Below, piece after piece: positions 1-14,300 of a stretch of DNA of 64,000 bases. Under the pieces are notes generated by a model that did no database searches, had not been told where the DNA came from, and saw nothing but the letters and a program-made list of their open reading frames with translations. A program made the position numbers and the translations under genes. How positions within the stretch are numbered: the first letter of the stretch is position 1; the number at the start of each line of letters is the position of its first letter. Source of the stretch: Eledone cirrhosa (lineage: Eukaryota); NCBI GenBank assembly GCA_964016885.1, contig OZ024743.1, positions 174,716,001-174,780,000 of the forward strand, read 5' to 3'.

Positions 1-3000
1 ACCTGTTACACAGGATGTATGTAGTCTTTGATATACTGTACCTGTTATATAGGATGTAGGTAGTCCTTGATATACTGTACCTGTTACATAGGATGTAGGT
101 AGTCTTTGATCTACTGTACCTGTTATATAGGATGTAGGTAGTCTTTGATATACTGTACCTGTTATATAGGATGTGGGTAGTGTTTGATATACTGTACCTG
201 TTATATGAGATATAGGAAGTCTTTGATATACTGTACTTGTTATATAGGATGTCGGTAGTCTTTGATATACTGTACCTGTTATATGAGATGTAGGAAGTCT
301 TTGGTATACTGTACCTGTTATATAGGATGTAGGTAGTCTTTGATATACTGTACCTGTTATATAGGATGTAGGTAGTCCTTGATATACTGTACCTGTTACA
401 TAGGATGTAGGTAGTCTTTGATCTACTGTACCTGTTATATAGGATGTAGGTAGTCTTTGATATACTGTACCTGTTATATAGGATGTAGGTAGTCTTTGAT
501 ATACTGTACCTGTTATATGAGATATAGGAAGTCTTTGATATACTGTACCTGTTATATAGGATGTCGGTAGTCTTTGATATACTGTACCTGTTATATGAGA
601 TGTAGGAAGTCTTTGATATACTGTACCTGTTATATAGGATGTAGGTAGTCTTTGATATACTGTACCTGTTATATAGGATGTCGGTAGTCTTTGATATACT
701 GTACCCGTTATATAGGATGTAGGTAGTCTTTGATATACTGTACCTGTTATATAGGATGTAGGTAGTCTTTGATATACTGTACCTGTTATATAGGATGTAG
801 GTAGTCTTTGATATACTGTACCTGTTATATAGGATGTAGGTAGTCTTTGATATACTGTACCTGTTACATTGGATGTAGGTATTCTTTGATATACTGTACC
901 TGTTATATAGGATGTAGGTAGTCTTTGATATACTGTACTTGTTATATAGGATGTAGGTAGTCTTTGATATACTATACCTGTTATATAGGATGTAGTCTTT
1001 GATATACTGTACCTGTTATATAGGATGTAGGTAGTCTTTGATATACTGTACCTGTTATATGAGATGTAGGAAGTCTTTGATATACTGTACTTGTTATATA
1101 GGATGTAGGTAGTGTTTGATATACTGTACCTGTTATATAGGATGTAGGTAGTCTTTGATATACTGTACCTGTTATATAGGATGTAGGTAGTCTTTGATAT
1201 ACTGTACCTGTTATATAGGATGTAGGTAGTCTTTGATATACTGTACCTGTTATATGAGATATAGGAAGTCTTTGATATACTGTACCTGTTATATAGGATG
1301 TCGGTAGTCTTTGATATACTGTACCTGTTATATGAGATGTAGGAAGTCTTTGATATACTGTACCTGTTATATAGGATGTAGGTAGTCTTTGATATACTGT
1401 ACCTGTTATATAGGATGTAGGTAGTCCTTGATATACTGTACCTGTTACATAGGATGTAGGTAGTCTTTGATCTACTGTACCTGTTATATAGGATGTAGGT
1501 AGTCTTTGATATACTGTACCTGTTATATAGGATGTAGGTAGTCTTTGATATACTGTACCTGTTATATGAGATATAGGAAGTCTTTGATATACTGTACCTG
1601 TTATATAGGATGTCGGTAGTCTTTGATATACTGTACCTGTTATATGAGATGTAGGAAGTCTTTGATATACTGTACCTCTTATATAGGATGTAGGTAGTCT
1701 TTGATATACTGTACCTGTTATATAGGATGTCGGTAGTCTTTGATATACTGTACCTGTTATTTAGGATGTAGGTAGTCTTTGATATACTGTACCTGTTATA
1801 TAGGATGTAGGTAGTGTTTGATATACTGTACCTGTTATATAGGATGTAGGTAGTCTTTGATATACTGTACCTGTTATATAGGATGTAGGTAGTCTTTGAT
1901 ATACTGTACCTGTTACATTGGATGTAGGTATTCTTTGATATACTGTACCTGTTATATAGGATGTAGGTAGTCTTTGATATACTGTACTTGTTATATAGGA
2001 TGTAGGTAGTCTTTGATATACTATACCTGTTATATAGGATGTAGTCTTTGATATACTGTACCTGTTATATAGGATGTAGGTAGTCTTTGATATACTGTAC
2101 CTGTTATATGAGATGTAGGAAGTCTTTGATATACTGTACTTGTTATATAGGATGTAGGTAGTGTTTGATATACTGTACCTGTTATATAGGATGTAGGTAG
2201 TCTTTGATATACTGTACCTGTTATATAGGATGTAGGTAGTCTTTGATATACTGTACCTGTTATATAGGATGTAGGTAGTCTTTGATATACTGTACCTGTT
2301 ATATGAGATGTAGGAAGTCTTTGATATACTGTACTTGTTATATAGGATGTAGGTAGTGTTTGATATACTGTACCTGTTATATAGGATGTAGGTAGTCTTT
2401 GATATACTGTACCTGTTATATAGGATGTAGGTAGTCTTTGATATACTGTACCTGTTATATAGGATGTAGGTAGTCTTTGATATACTGTACCTGTTATATA
2501 GGATGTAGGTAGTCTTTGATATACTGTACCTGTTATATAGGATGTAGGTAGTCTTTGATATACTGTACCTGTTATATAGGATGTAGGTAGTGTTCGATAT
2601 ACTGTACCTGTTATATAGGATGTAGGTAGTCTTTGATATACTGTACCTGTTATATAGGTTGTAGGTAGTGTTTGATATACTGTACCTGTTATATAGGATG
2701 TAGGTAGTCTTTGATATACTGTACCTGTTATATAGGATGTAGGTAGTGTTTGATATACTGTACCTGTTATATAGGATGTAGGTAGTCTTTGATATACTGT
2801 ACCTGTTATATGAGATGTAGGAAGTCTTTGATATACTGTACCTGTTATATGAGATGTAGGAAGTCTTTGATATGCTGTACCTGTTATATAGGATGTAGGT
2901 AGTGTTTGATATACTGTACCTGTTATATATGATGTAGGTAGTCTTTGATATACTGTACCTGTTACATAGGATGTATGTTGTCTTTGATATACTGTACCTG

Positions 3001-4800
3001 TTACATAGGATGTAGGTAGTCTTTGATATACTGTACCTGTTATATAGGATGTAGGTAGTCTTTGATATACTGTATCTTTTATATATGATGTAGGTAGTCT
3101 TTGATATACTGTACCTGTTACACAGGATGTATGTAGTCTTTGATATACTGTACCTGTTATATAGGATGTAGGTAGTCCTTGATATACTGTACCTGTTACA
3201 TAGGATGTAGGTAGTCTTTGATCTACTGTACCTGTTATATAGGATGTAGGTAGTCTTTGATATACTGTACCTGTTATATAGGATGTAGGTAGTGTTTGAT
3301 ATACTGTACCTGTTATATGAGATATAGGAAGTCTTTGATATACTGTACTTGTTATATAGGATGTCGGTAGTCTTTGATATACTGTACCTGTTATATGAGA
3401 TGTAGGAAGTCTTTGGTATACTGTACCTGTTATATAGGATGTAGGTAGTCTTTGATATACTGTACCTGTTATATAGGATGTAGGTAGTCCTTGATATACT
3501 GTACCTGTTACATAGGATGTAGGTAGTCTTTGATCTACTGTACCTGTTATATAGGATGTAGGTAGTCTTTGATATACTGTACCTGTTATATAGGATGTAG
3601 GTAGTCTTTGATATACTGTACCTGTTATATGAGATATAGGAAGTCTTTGATATACTGTACCTGTTATATAGGATGTCGGTAGTCTTTGATATACTGTACC
3701 TGTTATATGAGATGTAGGAAGTCTTTGATATACTGTACCTGTTATATAGGATGTAGGTAGTCTTTGATATACTGTACCTGTTATATAGGATGTAGGTAGT
3801 CCTTGATATACTGTACCTGTTACATAGGATGTAGGTAGTCTTTGATCTACTGTACCTGTTATATAGGATGTAGGTAGTCTTTGATATACTGTACCTGTTA
3901 TATAGGATGTAGGTAGTCTTTGATATACTGTACCTGTTATATGAGATATAGGAAGTCTTTGATATACTGTACCTGTTATATAGGATGTCGGTAGTCTTTG
4001 ATATACTGTACCTGTTATATGAGATGTAGGAAGTCTTTGATATACTGTACCTGTTATATAGGATGTAGGTAGTCTTTGATATACTGTACCTGTTATATAG
4101 GATGTCGGTAGTCTTTGATATACTGTACCTGTTATATAGGATGTAGGTAGTCTTTGATATACTGTACCTGTTATATAGGATGTAGGTAGTCTTTGATATA
4201 CTGTACCTGTTATATAGGATGTAGGTAGTCTTTGATATACTGTACCTGTTATATAGGATGTAGGTAGTCTTTGATATACTGTACCTGTTACATTGGATGT
4301 AGGTATTCTTTGATATACTGTACCTGTTATATAGGATGTAGGTAGTCTTTGATATACTGTACTTGTTATATAGGATGTAGGTAGTCTTTGATATACTATA
4401 CCTGTTATATAGGATGTAGTCTTTGATATACTGTACCTGTTATATAGGATGTAGGTAGTCTTTGATATACTGTACCTGTTATATGAGATGTAGGAAGTCT
4501 TTGATATACTGTACTTGTTATATAGGATGTAGGTAGTGTTTGATATACTGTACCTGTTATATAGGATGTAGGTAGTCTTTGATATACTGTACCTGTTATA
4601 TAGGATGTAGGTAGTCTTTGATATACTGTACCTGTTATATAGGATGTAGGTAGTCTTTGATATACTGTACCTGTTATATGAGATGTAGGAAGTCTTTGAT
4701 ATACTGTACTTGTTATATAGGATGTAGGTAGTGTTTGATATACTGTACCTGTTATATAGGATGTAGGTAGTCTTTGATATACTGTACCTGTTATATAGGA
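1..4800. repeat. Higher-order duplication, offset 3112 bp (80 monomers), with nested 8-monomer (312 bp) and 27-monomer (1049 bp) repeats
   Basis: TTACACAGG unit at 1 and 3113; TTTGGTATAC at 304 and 3416; GATCTAC at 111/423 and 3223/3535/3847; TTACATTGG...GTATTC at 870, 1919 and 4294. Confidence 0.85.
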
Positions 4801-6689
4801 TGTAGGTAGTCTTTGATATACTGTACCTGTCATATAGGATGTAGGTAGTCTTTGATATACTGTACCTGTTATATAGGATGTAGGTAGTCTTTGATATACT
4901 GTACCTGTTATATAGGATGTAGGTAGTCTTTGATATACTGTACCTGTTATATAGGATGTAGGTAGTGTTTGATATACTGTACCTGTTATATAGGATGTAG
5001 GTAGTCTTTGATATACTGTACCTGTTATATAGGATGTAGGTAGTGTTTGATATACTCTTACCTGTTATATAGGATGTAGGTAGTCTTTGATATACTGTAC
5101 CTGTTATATAGGATGTAGGTAGTGTTTGATATACTGTACCTGTTATATAGGATGTAGGTAGTCTTTGATATACTGTACCTGTTATATGAGATGTAGGAAG
5201 TCTTTGATATACTGTACCTGTTATATGAGATGTAGGAAGTCTTTGATATGCTGTACCTGTTATATAGGATGTAGGTAGTCTTTGATATACTGTACCTGTT
5301 ATATAGGATGTAGGTAGTCTTTGATATACTGTACCTGTTATATAGGATGTAGGTAGTCTTTGATATACTGTACCTGTTATATAGGATGTAGGTAGTCTTT
5401 GATATACTGTACCTGTTATATAGGATGTAGGTAGTCTTTGATATACTGTACCTGTTATATAGGATGTAGGTAGTCTTTGATATACTGTACCTGTTATATA
5501 GGATGTAGGTAGTCTTTGATATACTATACCTGTTATATAGGATGTAGGTAGTGTTTGATATACTGTACCTGTTATATAGGATGTAGGTAGTCTTTGATAT
5601 ACTGTACCTGTTATATAGGATGTAGGTAGTGTTTGATATACTGTACCTGTTATATAGGATGTAGGTAGTCTTTGATATACTGTACCTGTTATATGAGATG
5701 TAGGAAGTCTTTGATATACTGTACCTTTTATATGAGATGTAGGAAGTCTTTGATATGCTGTACCTGTTATATAGGATGTAGGTAGTGTTTGATATACTGT
5801 ACCTGTTATATATGATGTAGGTAGTCTTTGATATACTGTACCTGTTACATAGGATGTATGTTGTCTTTGATATACTGTACCTGTTACATAGGATGTAGGT
5901 AGTCTTTGATATACTGTACCTGTTATATAGGATGTAGGTAGTCTTTGATATACTGTACCTTTTATATATGATGTAGGTAGTCTTTGATATACTGTACCTG
6001 TTACATAGGATGTATGTAGTCTTTGATATACTGTACCTGTTATATGAGATGTAGGAAGTCTTTGATATACTGTACCTGTTATATAGGATGTAGGTAGTCT
6101 TTGATATACTGTACCTGTTATATAGGATGTAGGTAGTCCTTGATATACTGTACCTGTTACATAGGATGTAGGTAGTCTTTGATCTACTGTACCTGTTATA
6201 TAGGATGTAGGTAGTCTTTGATATACTGTACCTGTTATATAGGATGTAGGTAGTCTTTGATATACTGTACCTGTTATATGAGATATAGGAAGTCTTTGAT
6301 ATACTGTACCTGTTATATAGGATGTCGGTAGTCTTTGATATACTGTACCTGTTATATGAGATGTAGGAAGTCCTTGATATACTGTACCTGTTATATAGGA
6401 TGTAGGTAGTCTTTGATATACTGTACCTGTTATATAGGATGTCGGTAGTCTTTGATATACTGTACCTGTTATATAGGATGTAGGTAGTCTTTGATATACT
6501 GTACCTGTTATATAGGATGTAGGTAGTCTTTGATATACTGTACCTGTTATATAGGATGTAGGTAGTCTTTGATATACTGTACCTGTTATATAGGATGTAG
6601 GTAGTCTTTGATATACTGTACCTGTTACATAGGATGTAGGTAGTCTTTGATATACTGTACCTGTTATATAGGATGTAGGTAGTCTTTGA

Positions 6690-7780
6690 TATACTGTACT
6701 TGTTATATAGGATGTAGGTAGTCTTTGATATACTATACCTGTTATATAGGATGTAGTCTTTGATATACTGTACCTGTTATATAGGATGTAGGTAGTCTTT
6801 GATATACTGTACCTGTTATATGAGATGTAGGAAGTCTTTGATATACTGTACTTGTTATATAGGATGTAGGTAGTGTTTGATATAGTGTACCTGTTATATA
6901 GGATGTAGGTAGTCTTTGATATACTGTACCTGTTATATAGGATGTAGGTAGTCTTTGATATACTGTACCTGTTATATAGGATGTAGGTAGTCTTTGATAT
7001 ACTGTACCTGTTATATAGGATGTAGGTAGTCTTTGATATACTGTACCTGTTATATAGGATGTAGGTAGTCTTTGATATACTGTACCTGTTATATAGGATG
7101 TAGGTAGTCTTTGATATACTGTACCTGTTATATAGGATGTAGGTAGTCTTTGATATACTGTACCTGTTATATAGGATGTAGGTTGTCTTTGATATACTGT
7201 ACCTGTTATATAGGATGTAGGTAGTCTTTGATATACTGTACTTGTTATATAGGATGTAGGTAGTCTTTGATATACTATACCTGTTATATAGGATGTAGTC
7301 TTTGATATACTGTACCTGTTATATAGGATGTAGGTAGTCTTTGATATACTGTACCTGTTATATGAGATGTAGGAAGTCTTTGATATACTGTACTTGTTAT
7401 ATAGGATGTAGGTAGTGTTTGATATAGTGTACCTGTTATATAGGATGTAGGTAGTCTTTGATATACTGTACCTGTTATATAGGATGTAGGTAGTCTTTGA
7501 TATACTGTACCTGTTATATAGGATGTAGGTAGTCTTTGATATACTGTACCTGTTATATAGGATGTAGGTAGTCTTTGATATACTGTACCTGTTATATAGG
7601 ATGTAGGTAGTCTTTGATATACTGTACCTGTTATATAGGATGTAGGTAGTCTTTGATATACTGTACCTGTTATATAGGATGTAGGTAGTCTTTGATATAC
7701 TGTACCTGTTATATAGGATGTAGGTTGTCTTTGATATACTGTACCTGTTATATAGGATGTAGGTAGTCTTTGATATACTG
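6690..7780. repeat. Direct 14-monomer tandem duplication (542 bp = 14x39-4)
   Basis: Private variant ATATAGTGTAC at 6885 and 7427; GGTTGTC at ~7183 and ~7725; 35-bp unit at ~6753 and ~7295. Confidence 0.9.
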
Positions 7781-8329
7781 TACCTGTTATATAGGATGTA
7801 GGTAGTCTTTGATATACTGTACCTGTTATATAGGATGTAGGTAGTCTTTGATATACTGTACCTGTTATATAGGATGTAGGTAGTCTTTGATATACTGTAC
7901 CTGTTATATAGGATGTAGGTAGTGTTTGATATACTGTACCTGATATATAGGATGTAGGTAGTCTTTGATATACTGTACCTGTTATATGAGATGTAGGAAG
8001 TCTTTGATATACTGTACCTGTTATATGAGATGTAGGAAGTCTTTGATATGCTGTACCTGTTATATAGGATGTAGGTAGTCTTTGATATACTGTACCTGTT
8101 ATATAGGATGTCGGTAGTCTTTGATATACTGTACCTGTTATATAGGATGTAGGTAGTCTTTGATATACTGTACCTGTTATATAGGATGTAGGTAGTCTTT
8201 GATATACTGTACCTGTTAAATAGGATGTAGGTAGTCTTTGATATACTGTACCTGTTATATAGGATGTAGGTAGTCTTTGATATACTGTACCTGTTATATA
8301 GGATGTAGGTAGTCTTTGATATACTGTAC

Positions 8330-11300
8330 CTGTTATATAGGATGTAGGTAGTGTTTGATATACTGTACCTGTTATATATGATGTAGGTAGTCTTTGATAT
8401 ACTGTACCTGTTACATAGGATGTATGTTGTCTTTGATATACTGTACCTGTTACATAGGATGTAGGTAGTCTTTGATATACTGTACCTGTTATATAGGATG
8501 TAGGTAGTGTTTGATATACTGTACCTGTTATATAGGTTGTAGGTAGTCTTTGATATACTGTACCTGTTATATAGGATGTAGGTAGTCTTTGATATACTGT
8601 ACCTGTTATATAGGATGTAGATAGTCTTTGATATACTGTACCTGTTATATAGGATGTAGGTAGTCTTTGATATACTGTACCTGTTATATAGGTTGTACGT
8701 AGTCTTTGATATACTGTACCTGTTATATGAGATGTATGAAGTCTTTGATATACTGTACCTGTTATATAGGATGTAGGTAGTCTTTGATATACTGTAACCT
8801 GTTATATAGGATGTAGGTAGTTTTTGATATACTGTACCTGTTATATAGGATGTAGGTAGTCTTTGATATACTGTACCTGTTATATAGGATGTAGGTAGTC
8901 TTTGATATACTGTACCTGTTATATAGGATGTAGGTAGTCTTTGATATACTGTACCTGTTATATGGGATGTCGGTAGTCTTTGATATACTGTACCTGTTAT
9001 ATAGGATGTAGGTAGTCTTTGATATACTGTACCTGTTATATATGATGTAGGTAGTCTTTGATATACTGTACCAGTTATATAGGATGTATGTAGTCTTTGA
9101 TATACTGTACCTGTTATATAGGATGTAGGTAGTCTTTGATATACTGTACCTGTTATATAGGATGTAGGTAGTCTTTGATATACTGTACCTGTTATATAGG
9201 ATGTCGGTAGTCTTTGATATACTGTACCTGTTATATAGGATGTAGGTAGTTTTGATATACTGTACCTGTTATATATGATGTAGGTAGTCTTTGATATACC
9301 GTACCTGTTACATAGGATGTATGTAGTCTTTGATATACTGTACCTGTTATATAGGATGTAGGTAGTCTTTGATATACTGTACCTGTTACATAGGATGTAG
9401 GTAGTCTTTGATATACTGTACCTGTTATATAGGATGTCGGTAGTCTTTGATATACTGTACCTGTTATATAGGATGTAGGTAGTCTTTGATATACTATACC
9501 TGTTATATAGGATGTAGTCTTTGATATACTGTACCTGTTATATAGGATGTAGGTAGTCTTTGATATACTGTACCTGTTATATGAGATGTAGGAAGTCTTT
9601 GATATACTGTACTTGTTATATAGGATGTAGGTAGTCCTTGATATACTGTACCTGTTATATAGGATGTAGGTAGTCTTTGATATACTGTACCTGTTATATA
9701 GGATGTAGGTAGTCTTTGATATACCGTACCTGTTATATAGGATGTAGGTAGTCTTTGATATACTGTACCTGTTATATAGGATGTAGGTAGTCTTTGATAT
9801 ACTGTACCTGTTATATAGGATGTAGGTAGTCTTTGATATACTGTACCTGTTATATAGGATGTAGGTAGTCTTTGATATACTGTACCTGTTATATGAGATG
9901 TAGGAAGTCTTTGATATACTGTACCTGTTATATGAGATGTAGGAAGTCTTTGATATGCTTTACCTGTTATATAGGATGTAGGTAGTCTTTGATATACTGT
10001 ACCTGTAATATAGGATGTATGTAGTTTTGATATACTGTACCTGTTATATAGGATGTAGGTAGTCTTTGATATACTGTACCTTTTATATATGATGTAGGTA
10101 GTCTTTGATATACTGTACCTGTTACATAGGATGTATGTAGTCTTTGATATACTGTACCTGTTATATAGGATGTAGGTAGTCCTTGATATACTGTACCTGT
10201 TACATAGGATGTAGGTAGTCTTTGATCTACTGTACCTGTTATATAGGATGTAGGTAGTCTTTGATATACTGTACCTGTTATATAGGATGTAGGTAGTGTT
10301 TGATATACTGTACCTGTTATATAGGATGTAGGTAGTCTTTGATATACTGTACCTGTTATATGATATATAGGAAGTCTTTGATATACTGTACCTGTTATAT
10401 AGGATGTCGGTAGTCTTTGATATACTGTACCTGTTATATGAAATGTAGGAAGTCTTTGATATACTGTACCTGTTATATAGGATGTAATTAGTCTTTGATA
10501 TGCTGTACCTGTTATATAGGATGTCGGTAGTCTTTGATATACTGTACCTGTTATATAGGATGTAGGTAGTCTTTGATATACTGTACCTGTTATATAGGAT
10601 GTAGGTAGTCTTTGATATACTGTACCTGTTATATAGGATGTAGGTAGTCTTTGATATACTGTACCTGTTATATAGGATGTAGGTATTCTTTGATATACTG
10701 TACCTGTTACATAGGATGTAGGTAGTCTTTGATATACTGTACCTGTTATATGAGATGTAGGAACTCTTTGATATACTGTACTTGTTATATAGGATGTAGG
10801 TAGTGTTTGATATACTGTACAAGTTATATAGGATGTAGGTAGTCTTTGATATACTGTACCTGTTATATAGGATGTAGGTAGTCTTTGATATACTGTACCT
10901 GTTATATAGGATGTAGGTAGTCTTTGATATACTGTACCTGTTATATAGGATGTAGGTAGTCTTTGATATACTGTACCTGTTATATAGGATGTAGGTAGTG
11001 TTTGATATACTGTACCTGTTATATAGGTTGTAGGTAGTCTTTGATATACTGTACCTGTTATATAGGATGTAGGTAGTCTTTGATATACTGTACCTGTTAT
11101 ATAGGATGTAGATAGTCTTTGATATACTGTACCTGTTATATAGGATGTAGGTAGTCTTTGATATACTGTACCTGTTATATAGGATGTAGGTAGTGTTTGA
11201 TATACTGTACCTGTTATATATGATGTAGGTAGTCTTTGATATACTGTACCTGTTACATAGGATGTATGTTGTCTTTGATATACTGTACCTGTTACATAGG

Positions 11301-14300
11301 ATGTAGGTAGTCTTTGATATACTGTACCTGTTATATAGGATGTAGGTAGTGTTTGATATACTGTACCTGTTATATAGGTTGTAGGTAGTCTTTGATATAC
11401 TGTACCTGTTATATAGGATGTAGGTAGTCTTTGATATACTGTACCTGTTATATAGGATGTAGATAGTCTTTGATATACTGTACCTGTTATATAGGATGTA
11501 GGTAGTCTTTGATATACTGTACCTGTTATATAGGTTGTACGTAGTCTTTGATATACTGTACCTGTTATATGAGATGTATGAAGTCTTTGATATACTGTAC
11601 CTGTTATATAGGATGTAGGTAGTCTTTGATATACTGTAACCTGTTATATAGGATGTAGGTAGTTTTTGATATACTGTACCTGTTATATAGGATGTAGGTA
11701 GTCTTTGATATACTGTACCTGTTATATAGGATGTAGGTAGTCTTTGATATACTGTACCTGTTATATAGGATGTAGGTAGTCTTTGATATACTGTACCTGT
11801 TATATGGGATGTCGGTAGTCTTTGATATACTGTACCTGTTATATAGGATGTAGGTAGTCTTTGATATACTGTACCTGTTATATATGATGTAGGTAGTCTT
11901 TGATATACTGTACCAGTTATATAGGATGTATGTAGTCTTTGATATACTGTACCTGTTATATAGGATGTAGGTAGTCTTTGATATACTGTACCTGTTATAT
12001 AGGATGTAGGTAGTCTTTGATATACTGTACCTGTTATATAGGATGTCGGTAGTCTTTGATATACTGTACCTGTTATATAGGATGTAGGTAGTTTTGATAT
12101 ACTGTACCTGTTATATATGATGTAGGTAGTCTTTGATATACCGTACCTGTTACATAGGATGTATGTAGTCTTTGATATACTGTACCTGTTATATAGGATG
12201 TAGGTAGTCTTTGATATACTGTACCTGTTACATAGGATGTAGGTAGTCTTTGATATACTGTACCTGTTATATAGGATGTCGGTAGTCTTTGATATACTGT
12301 ACCTGTTATATAGGATGTAGGTAGTCTTTGATATACTATACCTGTTATATAGGATGTAGTCTTTGATATACTGTACCTGTTATATAGGATGTAGGTAGTC
12401 TTTGATATACTGTACCTGTTATATGAGATGTAGGAAGTCTTTGATATACTGTACTTGTTATATAGGATGTAGGTAGTCCTTGATATACTGTACCTGTTAT
12501 ATAGGATGTAGGTAGTCTTTGATATACTGTACCTGTTATATAGGATGTAGGTAGTCTTTGATATACCGTACCTGTTATATAGGATGTAGGTAGTCTTTGA
12601 TATACTGTACCTGTTATATAGGATGTAGGTAGTCTTTGATATACTGTACCTGTTATATAGGATGTAGGTAGTCTTTGATATACTGTACCTGTTATATAGG
12701 ATGTAGGTAGTCTTTGATATACTGTACCTGTTATATGAGATGTAGGAAGTCTTTGATATACTGTACCTGTTATATGAGATGTAGGAAGTCTTTGATATGC
12801 TTTACCTGTTATATAGGATGTAGGTAGTCTTTGATATACTGTACCTGTAATATAGGATGTATGTAGTTTTGATATACTGTACCTGTTATATAGGATGTAG
12901 GTAGTCTTTGATATACTGTACCTTTTATATATGATGTAGGTAGTCTTTGATATACTGTACCTGTTACATAGGATGTATGTAGTCTTTGATATACTGTACC
13001 TGTTATATAGGATGTAGGTAGTCCTTGATATACTGTACCTGTTACATAGGATGTAGGTAGTCTTTGATCTACTGTACCTGTTATATAGGATGTAGGTAGT
13101 CTTTGATATACTGTACCTGTTATATAGGATGTAGGTAGTGTTTGATATACTGTACCTGTTATATAGGATGTAGGTAGTCTTTGATATACTGTACCTGTTA
13201 TATGATATATAGGAAGTCTTTGATATACTGTACCTGTTATATAGGATGTCGGTAGTCTTTGATATACTGTACCTGTTATATGAAATGTAGGAAGTCTTTG
13301 ATATACTGTACCTGTTATATAGGATGTAATTAGTCTTTGATATGCTGTACCTGTTATATAGGATGTCGGTAGTCTTTGATATACTGTACCTGTTATATAG
13401 GATGTAGGTAGTCTTTGATATACTGTACCTGTTATATAGGATGTAGGTAGTCTTTGATATACTGTACCTGTTATATAGGATGTAGGTAGTCTTTGATATA
13501 CTGTACCTGTTATATAGGATGTAGGTATTCTTTGATATACTGTACCTGTTACATAGGATGTAGGTAGTCTTTGATATACTGTACCTGTTATATGAGATGT
13601 AGGAACTCTTTGATATACTGTACTTGTTATATAGGATGTAGGTAGTGTTTGATATACTGTACAAGTTATATAGGATGTAGGTAGTCTTTGATATACTGTA
13701 CCTGTTATATAGGATGTAGGTAGTCTTTGATATACTGTACCTGTTATATAGGATGTAGGTAGTCTTTGATATACTGTACCTGTTATATAGGATGTAGGTA
13801 GTCTTTGATATACTGTACCTGTTATATAGGATGTAGGTAGTGTTTGATATACTGTACCTGTTATATAGGTTGTAGGTAGTCTTTGATATACTGTACCTGT
13901 TATATAGGATGTAGGTAGTCTTTGATATACTGTACCTGTTATATAGGATGTAGATAGTCTTTGATATACTGTACCTGTTATATAGGATGTAGGTAGTCTT
14001 TGATATACTGTACCTGTTATATAGGTTGTACGTAGTCTTTGATATACTGTACCTGTTATATGAGATGTATGAAGTCTTTGATATACTGTACCTGTTATAT
14101 AGGATGTAGGTAGTCTTTGATATACTGTAACCTGTTATATAGGATGTAGGTAGTTTTTGATATACTGTACCTGTTATATAGGATGTAGGTAGTCTTTGAT
14201 ATACTGTACCTGTTATATAGGATGTAGGTAGTCTTTGATATACTGTACCTGTTATATAGGATGTAGGTAGTCTTTGATATACTGTACCTGTTATATGGGA

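Noticed and set aside
5050-5065. ATACTCTTACC 40-bp unit as an insertion footprint
   Set aside because: It is a singleton substitution plus 1-bp insertion with no target-site duplication or foreign sequence, and it could be a sequencing error.
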